From a virus (Duplodnaviria; Caudoviricetes): DNA of 64,000 nt. The DNA is taken from positions 1-64,000 of IMG/VR virus record IMGVR_UViG_3300026549_000039. One strand, written 5' to 3'. Shown here in pieces: positions 37,690-47,400 of the stretch; position 1 is the stretch's first letter; the number at the start of each line of letters is the position of its first letter. Below the pieces are notes generated by a model. That model was not told the DNA's origin. It saw nothing but the letters and a program-made list of their open reading frames with translations, and searched no databases. The translations under genes and the position numbers were made by a program.

Positions 37690-37713
37690 TTGTTCTTCCC
37701 CTCCTACTCTATA

Positions 37714-38787
37714 CTACGGTAACTTTGTATAGTCCACCACTAACTCAATAGCAAACGTGCCAAGATCAATGCCATACTCAGGATGGAATCTCACAAAGAA
37801 GTCTATAACAGAGTGACCAGACACATCACCCAGAGAGATGGTCTTCTCCCACGGTCCTACCTGCGTCGTAGACAACCAGGTCCTGTCATCAGCCATTATC
37901 TTGGGATCATCAGTCACGCTGATTGTGATTGCCTGTCTCATGAGGTCTGTCTTATTGTCCAGACGCAGGTGCTTGACAACGTTCTCGCCAACTTCAACGT
38001 TGTCCATAATGATCGCCTCAATCTCTACAGCCGTACCTGTCAGATCGTCTACCTCGTACAACTTGTACCAAGGCTCACCATACTGGAGGATCAGATTGTC
38101 CACACACGCCAGGAAGAAATCCTTCCCAGGCTCGCTGGGTAGAGGTACTCGACTCCAGGTGATGTCTCCATCAAAGCACCTGTTATAAATCTCGTAGGTA
38201 TACCGCTCGCGCCCAGTCTCGTTAAACACATCCGTCATGTATACGAGGTCACCCTTGACTGGATCAACTACCACAAACCGTCCATTCACACCGTCCCAAG
38301 AGATAGCAGCAGGAGGGTATGGAGACTGTGTGGGTACACCTGTATACCCCTGATCCACAACAGCTAAGGTGCCAAGAGCCAGCTTTCGGATCATATTGAA
38401 CTGAGGAAAAGTAACCCAAAGGGAGTTATCCTTATACTCCACTCCTGAAGCTCCTCGGCACTCAGGGAAGTCGGAGAGTGGGTCGCCCCACTTCTCCTCT
38501 GTAAAGTCAACCAGGTCCTTGCGCCACACTTCCCCATTCTTCAACAGCATAATTATACTAGGATGATAGGCTGCTGCTTCGAGATAGCATATACTCTGTA
38601 CTTCACAGAATGTGGCGTACCCTAAAGCATTTGCACTCCACATAATTGCGTCGGAGAGAAGGTCATAGCAGACCAGCTTGTTGCAGCCATTTACAACAAC
38701 AAACAGCTCGTTCTTGGATGTCAGGCATAATCCACCATAATTATACCTGTTACCCATCAGTGCTATGCCTTTGACTGGTGTTCTCAT
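37714..38787 (-). CDS. virion protein, propeller plus C-terminal Ig-like family domain
   Basis: LRLDN...WLST...WEKTISLG...IDFFVRF. Confidence 0.8.
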   Translation of the reverse strand: MRTPVKGIALMGNRYNYGGLCLTSKNELFVVVNGCNKLVCYDLLSDAIMWSANALGYATFCEVQSICYLEAAAYHPSIIMLLKNGEVWRKDLVDFTEEKWGDPLSDFPECRGASGVEYKDNSLWVTFPQFNMIRKLALGTLAVVDQGYTGVPTQSPYPPAAISWDGVNGRFVVVDPVKGDLVYMTDVFNETGRERYTYEIYNRCFDGDITWSRVPLPSEPGKDFFLACVDNLILQYGEPWYKLYEVDDLTGTAVEIEAIIMDNVEVGENVVKHLRLDNKTDLMRQAITISVTDDPKIMADDRTWLSTTQVGPWEKTISLGDVSGHSVIDFFVRFHPEYGIDLGTFAIELVVDYTKLP

Positions 38788-39233
38788 CAGATAACCCCCT
38801 CAACCCAAACAGTGTCCTCCTCACGGTCAATGGCTACAACTGCCCAAGTGATAGCTTTAACTCTACGCCCCTGAGCATCTGGATCACCTGAAGAGACCTG
38901 CTGCATTGGAACATTCTCAAGCTCCTGCTTTGTGATATCCTGTAGCAGAGTGCTCTTAATGCTGCGGTCATTTAAATCCAAAGCAGCGCCGACTACCGAC
39001 GAGTTCCAGTTACCAGATGGATGTGTTCCTAGTACCATCTGACGCGCTTCATCTGTTGGATAAATAACGCCCTCCAGCAGGAAGTGTCCTGTATCCTTAT
39101 CCCTTAGTGTGTAATGTAGCTTCTTCAGATTAAGACAGCCGTCTGTCTCAGTTCTGTAGTCGATGAAATCTACAGTGGTGGCATTACACCTCATACTAAA
39201 TCCCTCCCTACTATATCGACAGTGGTACTTCAA
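38787..39233 (-). CDS. hypothetical protein
   Basis: Coupled to both neighbours; true start may be the internal ATG after AGGGAGG. Confidence 0.65.
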   Translation of the reverse strand: MKYHCRYSREGFSMRCNATTVDFIDYRTETDGCLNLKKLHYTLRDKDTGHFLLEGVIYPTDEARQMVLGTHPSGNWNSSVVGAALDLNDRSIKSTLLQDITKQELENVPMQQVSSGDPDAQGRRVKAITWAVVAIDREEDTVWVEGVI

Positions 39234-42200
39234 ACCTAGGAATGTACATACACTCCTTAACCATGTTGATATACTTCGATTCCCAGTAAGTATAATGGAA
39301 CCTAAACGTTACCTCAAGCTCAGCCACGTCTCCTGGAGCCAAGGTAGGATTGGTGTTGATCGTGACATCCTGGATCGATATACCATGCACCACAGAGGCC
39401 CCATACATCAGCTTCAGCGGTAGTGTTCTAGTACCACGATTCTTCACGTACAGTGTCCTCTTAAAGATGTAGTCATTCTCTGTAGCCAGCTTCTTTACCG
39501 ACTCCTCAAAATCCCCAGAGACAGGCCAGAAGTCCTCCAGAAGCCAACCAGCTAGTTCAGTCCCTCCAGAATCACACGGTATAAGTTCGGAACCTGGATC
39601 ATCATACACATTAAAGTCCATAACCATAACGTTAGCTACGGTCTCAGACTGCAACACAACGTTCCCAACAAACAGCGTTGCCATGTAAGGATCCGAGTAT
39701 ATCTTATTGAATGGCGTCAGCTGGTAGGGATTCGGAGTATCGCCATTAAACAGGAACTCGGGGTTTGGCCTAAACTTGTGGTCAATATATGCAGGAAGTA
39801 TAGGAAGACCGGAAGCTGGGCTTAGCCACTCAACATACGCAAACATATCCTCTGGTTTAACTCCAGGAGGAATAAGCAGGTCGTTGACAGAATCATCATC
39901 CCTGATTCCTCCCCATATACCACCCGGAATCAGCCACCTGAATTTATCCGGCACAGTATCCAGATCAACATCAAGGTACGTCATAGTCTCGTAGACATTA
40001 TCACCGAGCAGCTTAACGTCAAACTTCTGTAGCGGCTGGTCTGGCTTCACTGGGATATCCATACCATCGCCTTTAATCTTTTCAGAATAAAGGTGTGTCA
40101 ACCTAGCAGTCATACCAGTAGGCATGGTATAGATAATATGGTTGAAGAATCCTGGATTCTGATCCCATATAGTGCCGACAGCACCATCCTGGCTATTGTT
40201 GTTGATGGTGTAGTCCTCTACCTTATGTGTCATCTCTTCTCCAGACGGGTTAAAGATAGCCTGCCAATACATCTCAACAGGGACAGACTGGCCGGGCTTG
40301 ATAATGTTACCCTCCGGGTAGTTAATAAGGATGAATCCCATACCGGCATGGTTGGGTAAAGAATCCTGTGTAAGAACAACGTGCCCAACGTAGGACCTAG
40401 AGTCAGACTGGTTGACTATGTACCACGTCTTCTTGTTGTACTTCAGTTCATAGTCCCTGTTTGTCTCCCAGTAAAGAGGCCCGCGCACTTTCAACCAGCA
40501 GCATCCAGTGGTGCTTATATTCTGACCAGCAATTCCATTTATAGACCCTGGAGAAATACTCTCATACTTCTTGCTCTGTAGGATTTTATCTGTCAGAACA
40601 TAAAGCCTCTTGTTAATCCAAGACTGCTGATAGGTAGCGTCTCCCTCTTCATAGGAAGTAGCTGTCACATAGGCCAGTGTGTAGAGAGGATCAAAGGCTA
40701 TCTGCTTGCTCAACCCAGGTATAAAGTTCCCCTGCTGAGTATCCTCAACAAAGTACAGGTCATAGAACGGCTGCTCGTAGTCCGGTACAGCTCCACCATA
40801 GGCGCACGATAAGATGTGCTGCATCCAATAGGATACTTTGTAATGGATATCCAGATGCCTAGTACCAGCGTCAGTATTTGATGGATTATAGGCTACCTCT
40901 ACAGCAAGGACCGCTGTTTCCTTTGGGCCAAGCTCTGTCGGAAAACCGTTAAGCGTAACAGTAACATCATCCGGTTTGTCAAGCAGCTCTATCTCCATAC
41001 GCTTCATCGTTCCTGTGTTGGACTCATTACGCACCAGGAACGACATATTCATAGTTTCACCAGGTATCAAACCGGGGCAGTAAAGGCTATCCTGTGGCCT
41101 TCCTCCAGATGCTGGATAGTCATCATAGATGGTGAGGAAGTTCACCGTGTTCCTATAAACAGACCCGTTCGATATGTAGCTGATGTTCTCATGGTAGGCA
41201 GTTACATAGCTATTGGTTGCAAAATCAGTGGCTGGCGTATACTGGTACAGGATCGTAGGCTGCCAGGCAGCTGCTACTGTAGACCACCAATCTTGGGTTT
41301 CTCCAGAAGCTCCAGCCTCAACAGCAATCTTCTCAGCCATATCAAAAGCCATAACTGGACCCCAAGCTCCAGCCATGCTGGTTAGAGTTCCACCAGTTTG
41401 GGTAAACAACGGGTCAAAATACTTGCCAGGGTTGTTGCCTACCACACAGACCTTAATATCCTGATCGTTTAAGTAAGCAATAGCGGACGCCATAGAAATC
41501 GGGTCATCTTCATCACCAGCATCCGTTATCAGGATAATGTACTTGGTCCTGGACTTCATTGTCCTGTACTTGTACTGGGATGCAGCCCAAGTTAAGGCTG
41601 ACCAGTGCCAAGCCTGTGAGCCTGAATTGATGTAACCAACCCTCAGTGTATCTGCCATAGACTGAGCCCCTGAAGTAGAGGTTGTCCACATGGACATGCT
41701 TGCTGTAGACGTATCGTATATAGATCGCTGTCTGGTAGTATAAGCAGCCACTCCTATACGCAAGTCCGTAACATGTAGGGCGTGTAGTGTGTTCATGAAG
41801 TTTTTGATGTTGCCCTGTATCTGGGAGATATGGGGACCCATCGATCCAGACGTATCAACCAGGAATACGATGTCAGCCTGGTAAGGAGCAGTAGGAGGCT
41901 GTAGCTCAGGGCTAAGACCCGCAAACAGGTCGCATACATCAATGATAGTCCACACAGCCTCGCGCTCGGTAGGCTCTGGATTGGATGTGGCCTCCCATTC
42001 CGTAGCATATCCAATATAGGTTACATTTCCACCACCAGGAGGCCCAGCTGATATTTCCCTAGCTGGGTAGTACTTATCAGCAACAGCACCCCCACCCCAG
42101 GCTTTGTCACTAAAGATGTAGGAATCATGAGGGTCGTCAGTGTTAGCACCCATGGATACTCGCTTCGGATTCAAGAACCTTGACTTTTTATCCTCCAGCG

Positions 42201-43128
42201 TAAGGATGTACCTACCGTCAAACATAGTAAGACTGTATTTATATGGCTGGTGCTCTTCGCCTTCATCGAAGCTGAGACAGTTATGCGTCGGCCCCAGCAG
42301 GGCAAAACGCATATTCATACCACCCTTATCCAGCACAACAATATACTGCGTGTCTACATTAGCCGAGAGATGTGGCCCAAGCCATACCTTTATGCGGCTG
42401 CCAATCAGCACTACATACCTTCCGGCCTCGTCTATGGCTATATTGCAGTACTTGGTATTGAAGGTGCCTACAAAGAACGACGACTTCAAGATGTTTACGA
42501 TTGTGTCAACCTTGGGTTCTGGGTACACACAGGTTCGACCTGGCGCTGATGCAGTCTTCAACTCGTAGCCTAAAGCAATCTCATCGGGCTTACCCGAAGC
42601 TACAAGATTAGCGAAGAACTGTAGACCGCTCAGCTTAATCTGGTAGCGGGGGTTGGTGGAATCGGCGTCATGCTCAAGCCCCATATCCTTGAAGTCAAGC
42701 TGATACCTAGCAATAGAAGCCGTTCTGGTATAGCTGTTGCATATCAGGAAGGACACAGTTATCTTATCAAACGACTCCTCATGATGAACACACATATCAG
42801 TGATCTCATCATACTGTGTGTAGTTTGGGCATGTTTCGACAAGGTAGGTATAGCTACCAACTACCTCATGCGATTCACCGTTTACCAGGTAGATCGTAGC
42901 CATGGTGGGCTGCGCCAAATCCAAAATGAGGTAGTGTTTTATCTCGTCAATGTAAATACACCGCCTAGGCTGGAAGTGCCAGTCCTGTGGAACATTCCCG
43001 TGAATCTTAAATGTCTCTTCTATATTAAGAGACACAGGAAGATACTGCCCAAAGAAGTTATAAGGCAGTAGCCTGGACGGATCCACAGAATTAGCATTTC
43101 TGGATCTGTAAATTAGGTCCTTAAGCAT
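39211..43128 (-). CDS. 1305-aa virion protein with a vWA domain and Ig-like repeats
   Basis: DIVFLVDTSGSM (MIDAS) and IILITD; several Ig-like segments of the [VI].N...L.PG type. Confidence 0.85.
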   Translation of the reverse strand: MLKDLIYRSRNANSVDPSRLLPYNFFGQYLPVSLNIEETFKIHGNVPQDWHFQPRRCIYIDEIKHYLILDLAQPTMATIYLVNGESHEVVGSYTYLVETCPNYTQYDEITDMCVHHEESFDKITVSFLICNSYTRTASIARYQLDFKDMGLEHDADSTNPRYQIKLSGLQFFANLVASGKPDEIALGYELKTASAPGRTCVYPEPKVDTIVNILKSSFFVGTFNTKYCNIAIDEAGRYVVLIGSRIKVWLGPHLSANVDTQYIVVLDKGGMNMRFALLGPTHNCLSFDEGEEHQPYKYSLTMFDGRYILTLEDKKSRFLNPKRVSMGANTDDPHDSYIFSDKAWGGGAVADKYYPAREISAGPPGGGNVTYIGYATEWEATSNPEPTEREAVWTIIDVCDLFAGLSPELQPPTAPYQADIVFLVDTSGSMGPHISQIQGNIKNFMNTLHALHVTDLRIGVAAYTTRQRSIYDTSTASMSMWTTSTSGAQSMADTLRVGYINSGSQAWHWSALTWAASQYKYRTMKSRTKYIILITDAGDEDDPISMASAIAYLNDQDIKVCVVGNNPGKYFDPLFTQTGGTLTSMAGAWGPVMAFDMAEKIAVEAGASGETQDWWSTVAAAWQPTILYQYTPATDFATNSYVTAYHENISYISNGSVYRNTVNFLTIYDDYPASGGRPQDSLYCPGLIPGETMNMSFLVRNESNTGTMKRMEIELLDKPDDVTVTLNGFPTELGPKETAVLAVEVAYNPSNTDAGTRHLDIHYKVSYWMQHILSCAYGGAVPDYEQPFYDLYFVEDTQQGNFIPGLSKQIAFDPLYTLAYVTATSYEEGDATYQQSWINKRLYVLTDKILQSKKYESISPGSINGIAGQNISTTGCCWLKVRGPLYWETNRDYELKYNKKTWYIVNQSDSRSYVGHVVLTQDSLPNHAGMGFILINYPEGNIIKPGQSVPVEMYWQAIFNPSGEEMTHKVEDYTINNNSQDGAVGTIWDQNPGFFNHIIYTMPTGMTARLTHLYSEKIKGDGMDIPVKPDQPLQKFDVKLLGDNVYETMTYLDVDLDTVPDKFRWLIPGGIWGGIRDDDSVNDLLIPPGVKPEDMFAYVEWLSPASGLPILPAYIDHKFRPNPEFLFNGDTPNPYQLTPFNKIYSDPYMATLFVGNVVLQSETVANVMVMDFNVYDDPGSELIPCDSGGTELAGWLLEDFWPVSGDFEESVKKLATENDYIFKRTLYVKNRGTRTLPLKLMYGASVVHGISIQDVTINTNPTLAPGDVAELEVTFRFHYTYWESKYINMVKECMYIPRFEVPLSI

Positions 43129-43145
43129 CTAGCTACCATCCTTTC

Positions 43146-44375
43146 CTAGCTAAATTCATAATCTGCCTTCTGCTTGGGCAGGAAGTTAATCTTATCGTAG
43201 TACTGGTAGGGCGTAAAGCTGTCATCATTGACAACTGGAGCTGTCAGACATACACAGAATGTAAACACATCACCTGGACGCAGCGGTCCTGGTATGGATA
43301 TGGTATCGTTGTACCTATTTATATCAGAACTCTCATCCCTGGACAGTAACAGCATAGAATCCCGAGACGTGATAACCATATCATAATAAGTAGTAACAGG
43401 AGCTATATTCTTACAGCGGACCCTCCTAAATGCCACCTGAGCAGAAGAAAGGTTTCCAAGATCAAGAGTATTCGTATTAGGCCAGCCGTCTTCCATTTCC
43501 AGTTTGATCATCATTATTTCAGACTTATATATCCGACCCTCTATCAAGCTGTATACCCATCTACCAGCTGCAAGGATATCCGATCCCTTCATTAACTCCC
43601 CAGACACATACCACGATGTATCATAGGATAGTGGCGAGCCTAATTTATATTTCAACGAGTGTATCACATTAGGCTGGCTAGTAACGACCTCACGACACAG
43701 CAAGTCCATAACGCCATCATGGTATGTACAAGCAACAGCTGTACCATTAGGCTTATCTATAGTGTACCCTCTGTTACCACGAGTGCTGAGATCTATCAGG
43801 ACTGGATTACGAAATAACCCGATCAAATCAAACTCAACTATATACTGACCAAGGTTAGCTGGTACCGTGTCAGACTCTATATCATCTGACAAACCAGCGA
43901 GCAGATATACAGTTGGGCCAATGTTGAATATGTTCGTATACTTCGGATGGTACTTAAGGTATCTGGTAACAGCTGCATGTGTCATATTCCAGACATTGTT
44001 ACCGGGCGGTACCCTGTCGCTGAATGGTACCTCAAATCGCGATACACGCATCACACCATCCGACCGCCCCTGCTGTAGAGAGCCTGTATAAACGGCCATC
44101 TTGCCACCGCCCTCGTGGTTGAGGATGTAGCAGTAGTCGTTGAATTGACTGATACCCAACACATCATCTACTGGACTATCCACAAGGCAGGATGCTCTGA
44201 CAGACGCATCGTCGCGAGATATCCACATCAGCTTGGTCTCTACAGTATCATACGTTATTATTGAATGATCCGTATAATCATAGGCTAGACCTCGCAGATC
44301 AGCTGTTTCTGGAATCTGGTACTCAGCATTATAAGAACCTATAGGCCACAACAGCCTAGTATTTGCATAGTACAC
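43146..44375 (-). CDS. virion protein, propeller plus C-terminal Ig-like family domain
   Basis: LRGLAYD; VRCKN...LLLS...LRPGDVFTFCV. Confidence 0.8.
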   Translation of the reverse strand: MYYANTRLLWPIGSYNAEYQIPETADLRGLAYDYTDHSIITYDTVETKLMWISRDDASVRASCLVDSPVDDVLGISQFNDYCYILNHEGGGKMAVYTGSLQQGRSDGVMRVSRFEVPFSDRVPPGNNVWNMTHAAVTRYLKYHPKYTNIFNIGPTVYLLAGLSDDIESDTVPANLGQYIVEFDLIGLFRNPVLIDLSTRGNRGYTIDKPNGTAVACTYHDGVMDLLCREVVTSQPNVIHSLKYKLGSPLSYDTSWYVSGELMKGSDILAAGRWVYSLIEGRIYKSEIMMIKLEMEDGWPNTNTLDLGNLSSAQVAFRRVRCKNIAPVTTYYDMVITSRDSMLLLSRDESSDINRYNDTISIPGPLRPGDVFTFCVCLTAPVVNDDSFTPYQYYDKINFLPKQKADYEFS

Positions 44376-44427
44376 CTGCCAACTCTCCCCTTTCTTCCAT
44401 CAGACATAATATACATCCCGGTCTCCT

Positions 44428-44452
44428 ATTATACCGGCATACAAGCTATAAT
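44428..44452. promoter_or_regulatory. back-to-back -10 boxes between two divergent structural operons
   Basis: ATTATA at 44428-44433 (TATAAT on minus) and TATAAT at 44447-44452; no clear -35. Confidence 0.45.
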
Positions 44453-44478
44453 TAACCTATAAGATCTAAGAAAGGCGT

Positions 44479-47400
44479 GTGGTATCTATGCCGGGTTATC
44501 AGCGTCAGAGGATATGGGACGAAAGACCTCTAACTGACGAAATAAAAGCAAGCATCCTGGCGAAGCCAGATGCACACATTATAGCATCCTCAACCTCCAA
44601 TGCTCAGTTTGAGCCTTGCTGTCTGGTAGTGGTGGATCATTCCTACCCGCTGATAGGAGTACTGTCTGTAACTGTCAAACGAAGCAGGAATACTGAGAGT
44701 AACACAGCATCTATTTCTCTGCTTAATACTGGTGTTCGCTATTCTGGTCCTAACAAACAGAAGATATCAGCGAACACGCCCATATCTATTTATATGGGCT
44801 ACTCGAAACGCTACATCCAGAGGTTTGAGGGGTATATAGACTCTACCTCTATGTCTACAACAGGGGACGGGTCTACCATACAGATTGAGTGCAGGGACAG
44901 AGCTAAGGACCTGATTGAGAATGAAATATCTTGTGGCATATACTCGGACAAATCTGAATATCTAGGCGAAGGCGACTGGCATTTCCAGATGGGATATGAC
45001 CGGTTCTCTACTCAGATGAACCCAGAACCTAGAGCCTGGAAAGTATCTGATGTTCTTAGGGATGTTTGCTATGTACTTGGGCTTAGGGATATTGTTCCTT
45101 TTATACATATAGAAGAGAACTACAACACGGTTACAGGATTTACTACCTACGACCGTGTAGTTACCTATGGGCCTGAGTACGTGTTAGACATTGACCCAGA
45201 GTGGGATAAGGAGATCGTTTGCAACTTCGTGGAAGAGAACGCCCTCGATGTGATAGCTCAGCTTGCTCAGAGTATCTGCCATGAAGCCTTCTTTGACCAG
45301 CTGGGCCGTCTTGTCGTGCGTAAGGTTCAAACAGCAGCCGACCCATCCGTCTTCTATTATAAGGAAGAAAGGGATATTGAGTCCCTAACCAATAAGGTAG
45401 ACGATGATAATGTTTCTAATATTATAACCATCACAGGACAGACCGCTGATGAAACAGCTGTCATCTACCCGTTCGGCGCTGTGGCTGTTACGGATAATGT
45501 ATCTCTTGAGAAGGGCCAGGATAAGTATGGCTGGACTATGACATACCCCAAGATTGTCGGCCCAGAGAACATTAACACTCTGAAGCACCCATCTCTCTAT
45601 GCCCACACCATGGCCCCTGGTGCTGAACCTGTTACGGACTACCATGACAACCCAGAGAACGGACCGTCTTACGACGTGAGGATACACTATCCTAACTTCG
45701 CTCAGCCTTATGAAAAGCAGCTGTGCCTTGAGGCCACCTGCCCTATTATCACGGACGAGGCGGCCAAAGCCAACACCAATAACCTTAGAACATGGGGCTA
45801 TCATGGTGAAGTAGATAGTGCTGTTTCATATGAGAACCAGCCCATCATGCTGGAGGACAGATTCCGTAAACCGCTGTTGGTGGTATGTAAAGAGCGGTCT
45901 ATGGATGACGATCTAATAAAGGCCTGTGATGCTACAGTCAGTAACCCAGAGGCTAAAGATGATCCAGATGAGGATGCTGATCCAGTACCGATGCCGTCTG
46001 TCCTGGACCACATTACCTATTCGGTAGACGGTGGTACTATCTACGACTACAATACGGATCCTAACTACCCGTCCAACCCATTACCTACGCCTAATTATGG
46101 TGGACTGCCTACCCCCGGTGTAGCAAACTCCTACTATCTAGTAGGTACAAAGGACGTAGACAGCTTACCTTCTGACGCAACAGCATTTGTGCCTAAAGGT
46201 TTGACAGCGGCAGACTTCCAAGGTAAAGGTAAAGAAATAACGCAGTTTTCTGTGGTGCAGGGTGTGTCACCCTGGGCATCTCTGCCTAACTACATATATG
46301 ATATGGCATCCATGTCCACACTTACGCCATACATAGCCATGGTGAAGGTAAAGCGTAAGATCAAAACTAAGATGTATCAGGACCCAACAAATCCTGCTGT
46401 CACGTATCGGGCTGTTGAGAATCTTATCGATCCTACTGCTTACGATGAGATCGAAGTGATCCCGTTTGACCTGAATCCACAGAACCTGTACGTGAACTGC
46501 CAGGTTGTTGACAACCAGATTGAGTCTATGTATACACCTTGGCGAGATCTACCAAGTGGAGCTATAGACATGGGTGGAGATCAGGTTGAAGAGATAGAAT
46601 ACCCGTTGATCTATCATAACCCATTGGCTGGTTTGACAGGTACACAACCGAACTATTTGCTGGCTCCCATCTCTGATGACTGGATGGATACCATTACCAG
46701 CATCAAGGATAGCTGTGGCAAGTCTATGGAAGTATTCATAACCAAGATAGACCCTAGGTATGTGTCTAACAGTGACCCAGATGTAAACTGTGTCTACTGG
46801 AAATGGCGTGGCACCTACAAGAAGGACCCAACAAAATCGGACAGAGGCGTCGTTGTTCAAACCGACATGGGTGCTGATGCCAATGGCAACCCAAAGGTCA
46901 GCATAAAGAAGGACGAGTTCTACAGGCTGGCCGCTGATCCTAATACTGTAGTTATTGAATGCACAACAGCTGGTATTGACCATAAGTCCTGGGCAGAGGT
47001 AGTAGAGCTGAACGAGTACAACATCATCTGCAAGGGGCATAACCAGTATGGCAGTATGAAAGACTCTTGGGAAAAATTTATTAAGGAACTGGAAAAGATA
47101 CTTACTCTGATTGGAGCAGCTCTGGTAATTATAGGTATAGCATTCTTATGTATGCCATTTGGAGGAGCAGCAGCCTCTGGAGTGGCACAAGGTGGTATTG
47201 CACCTGTTACAGCAGCACTAGCAATACTATTGGGTGTATTCCTAATACTGCTTGACCTCGACGATAACATAGGGGCTAATATCTCTAAGGTAATGGAAGA
47301 TATGTCCTGCCGTCTGACGGGTGTGCGCCGACCTGAGATCGAACTCTGGCATAACTCTTCTAAGGCAGCACAGTGGTATATCAGGGATCAATCTAATCAG

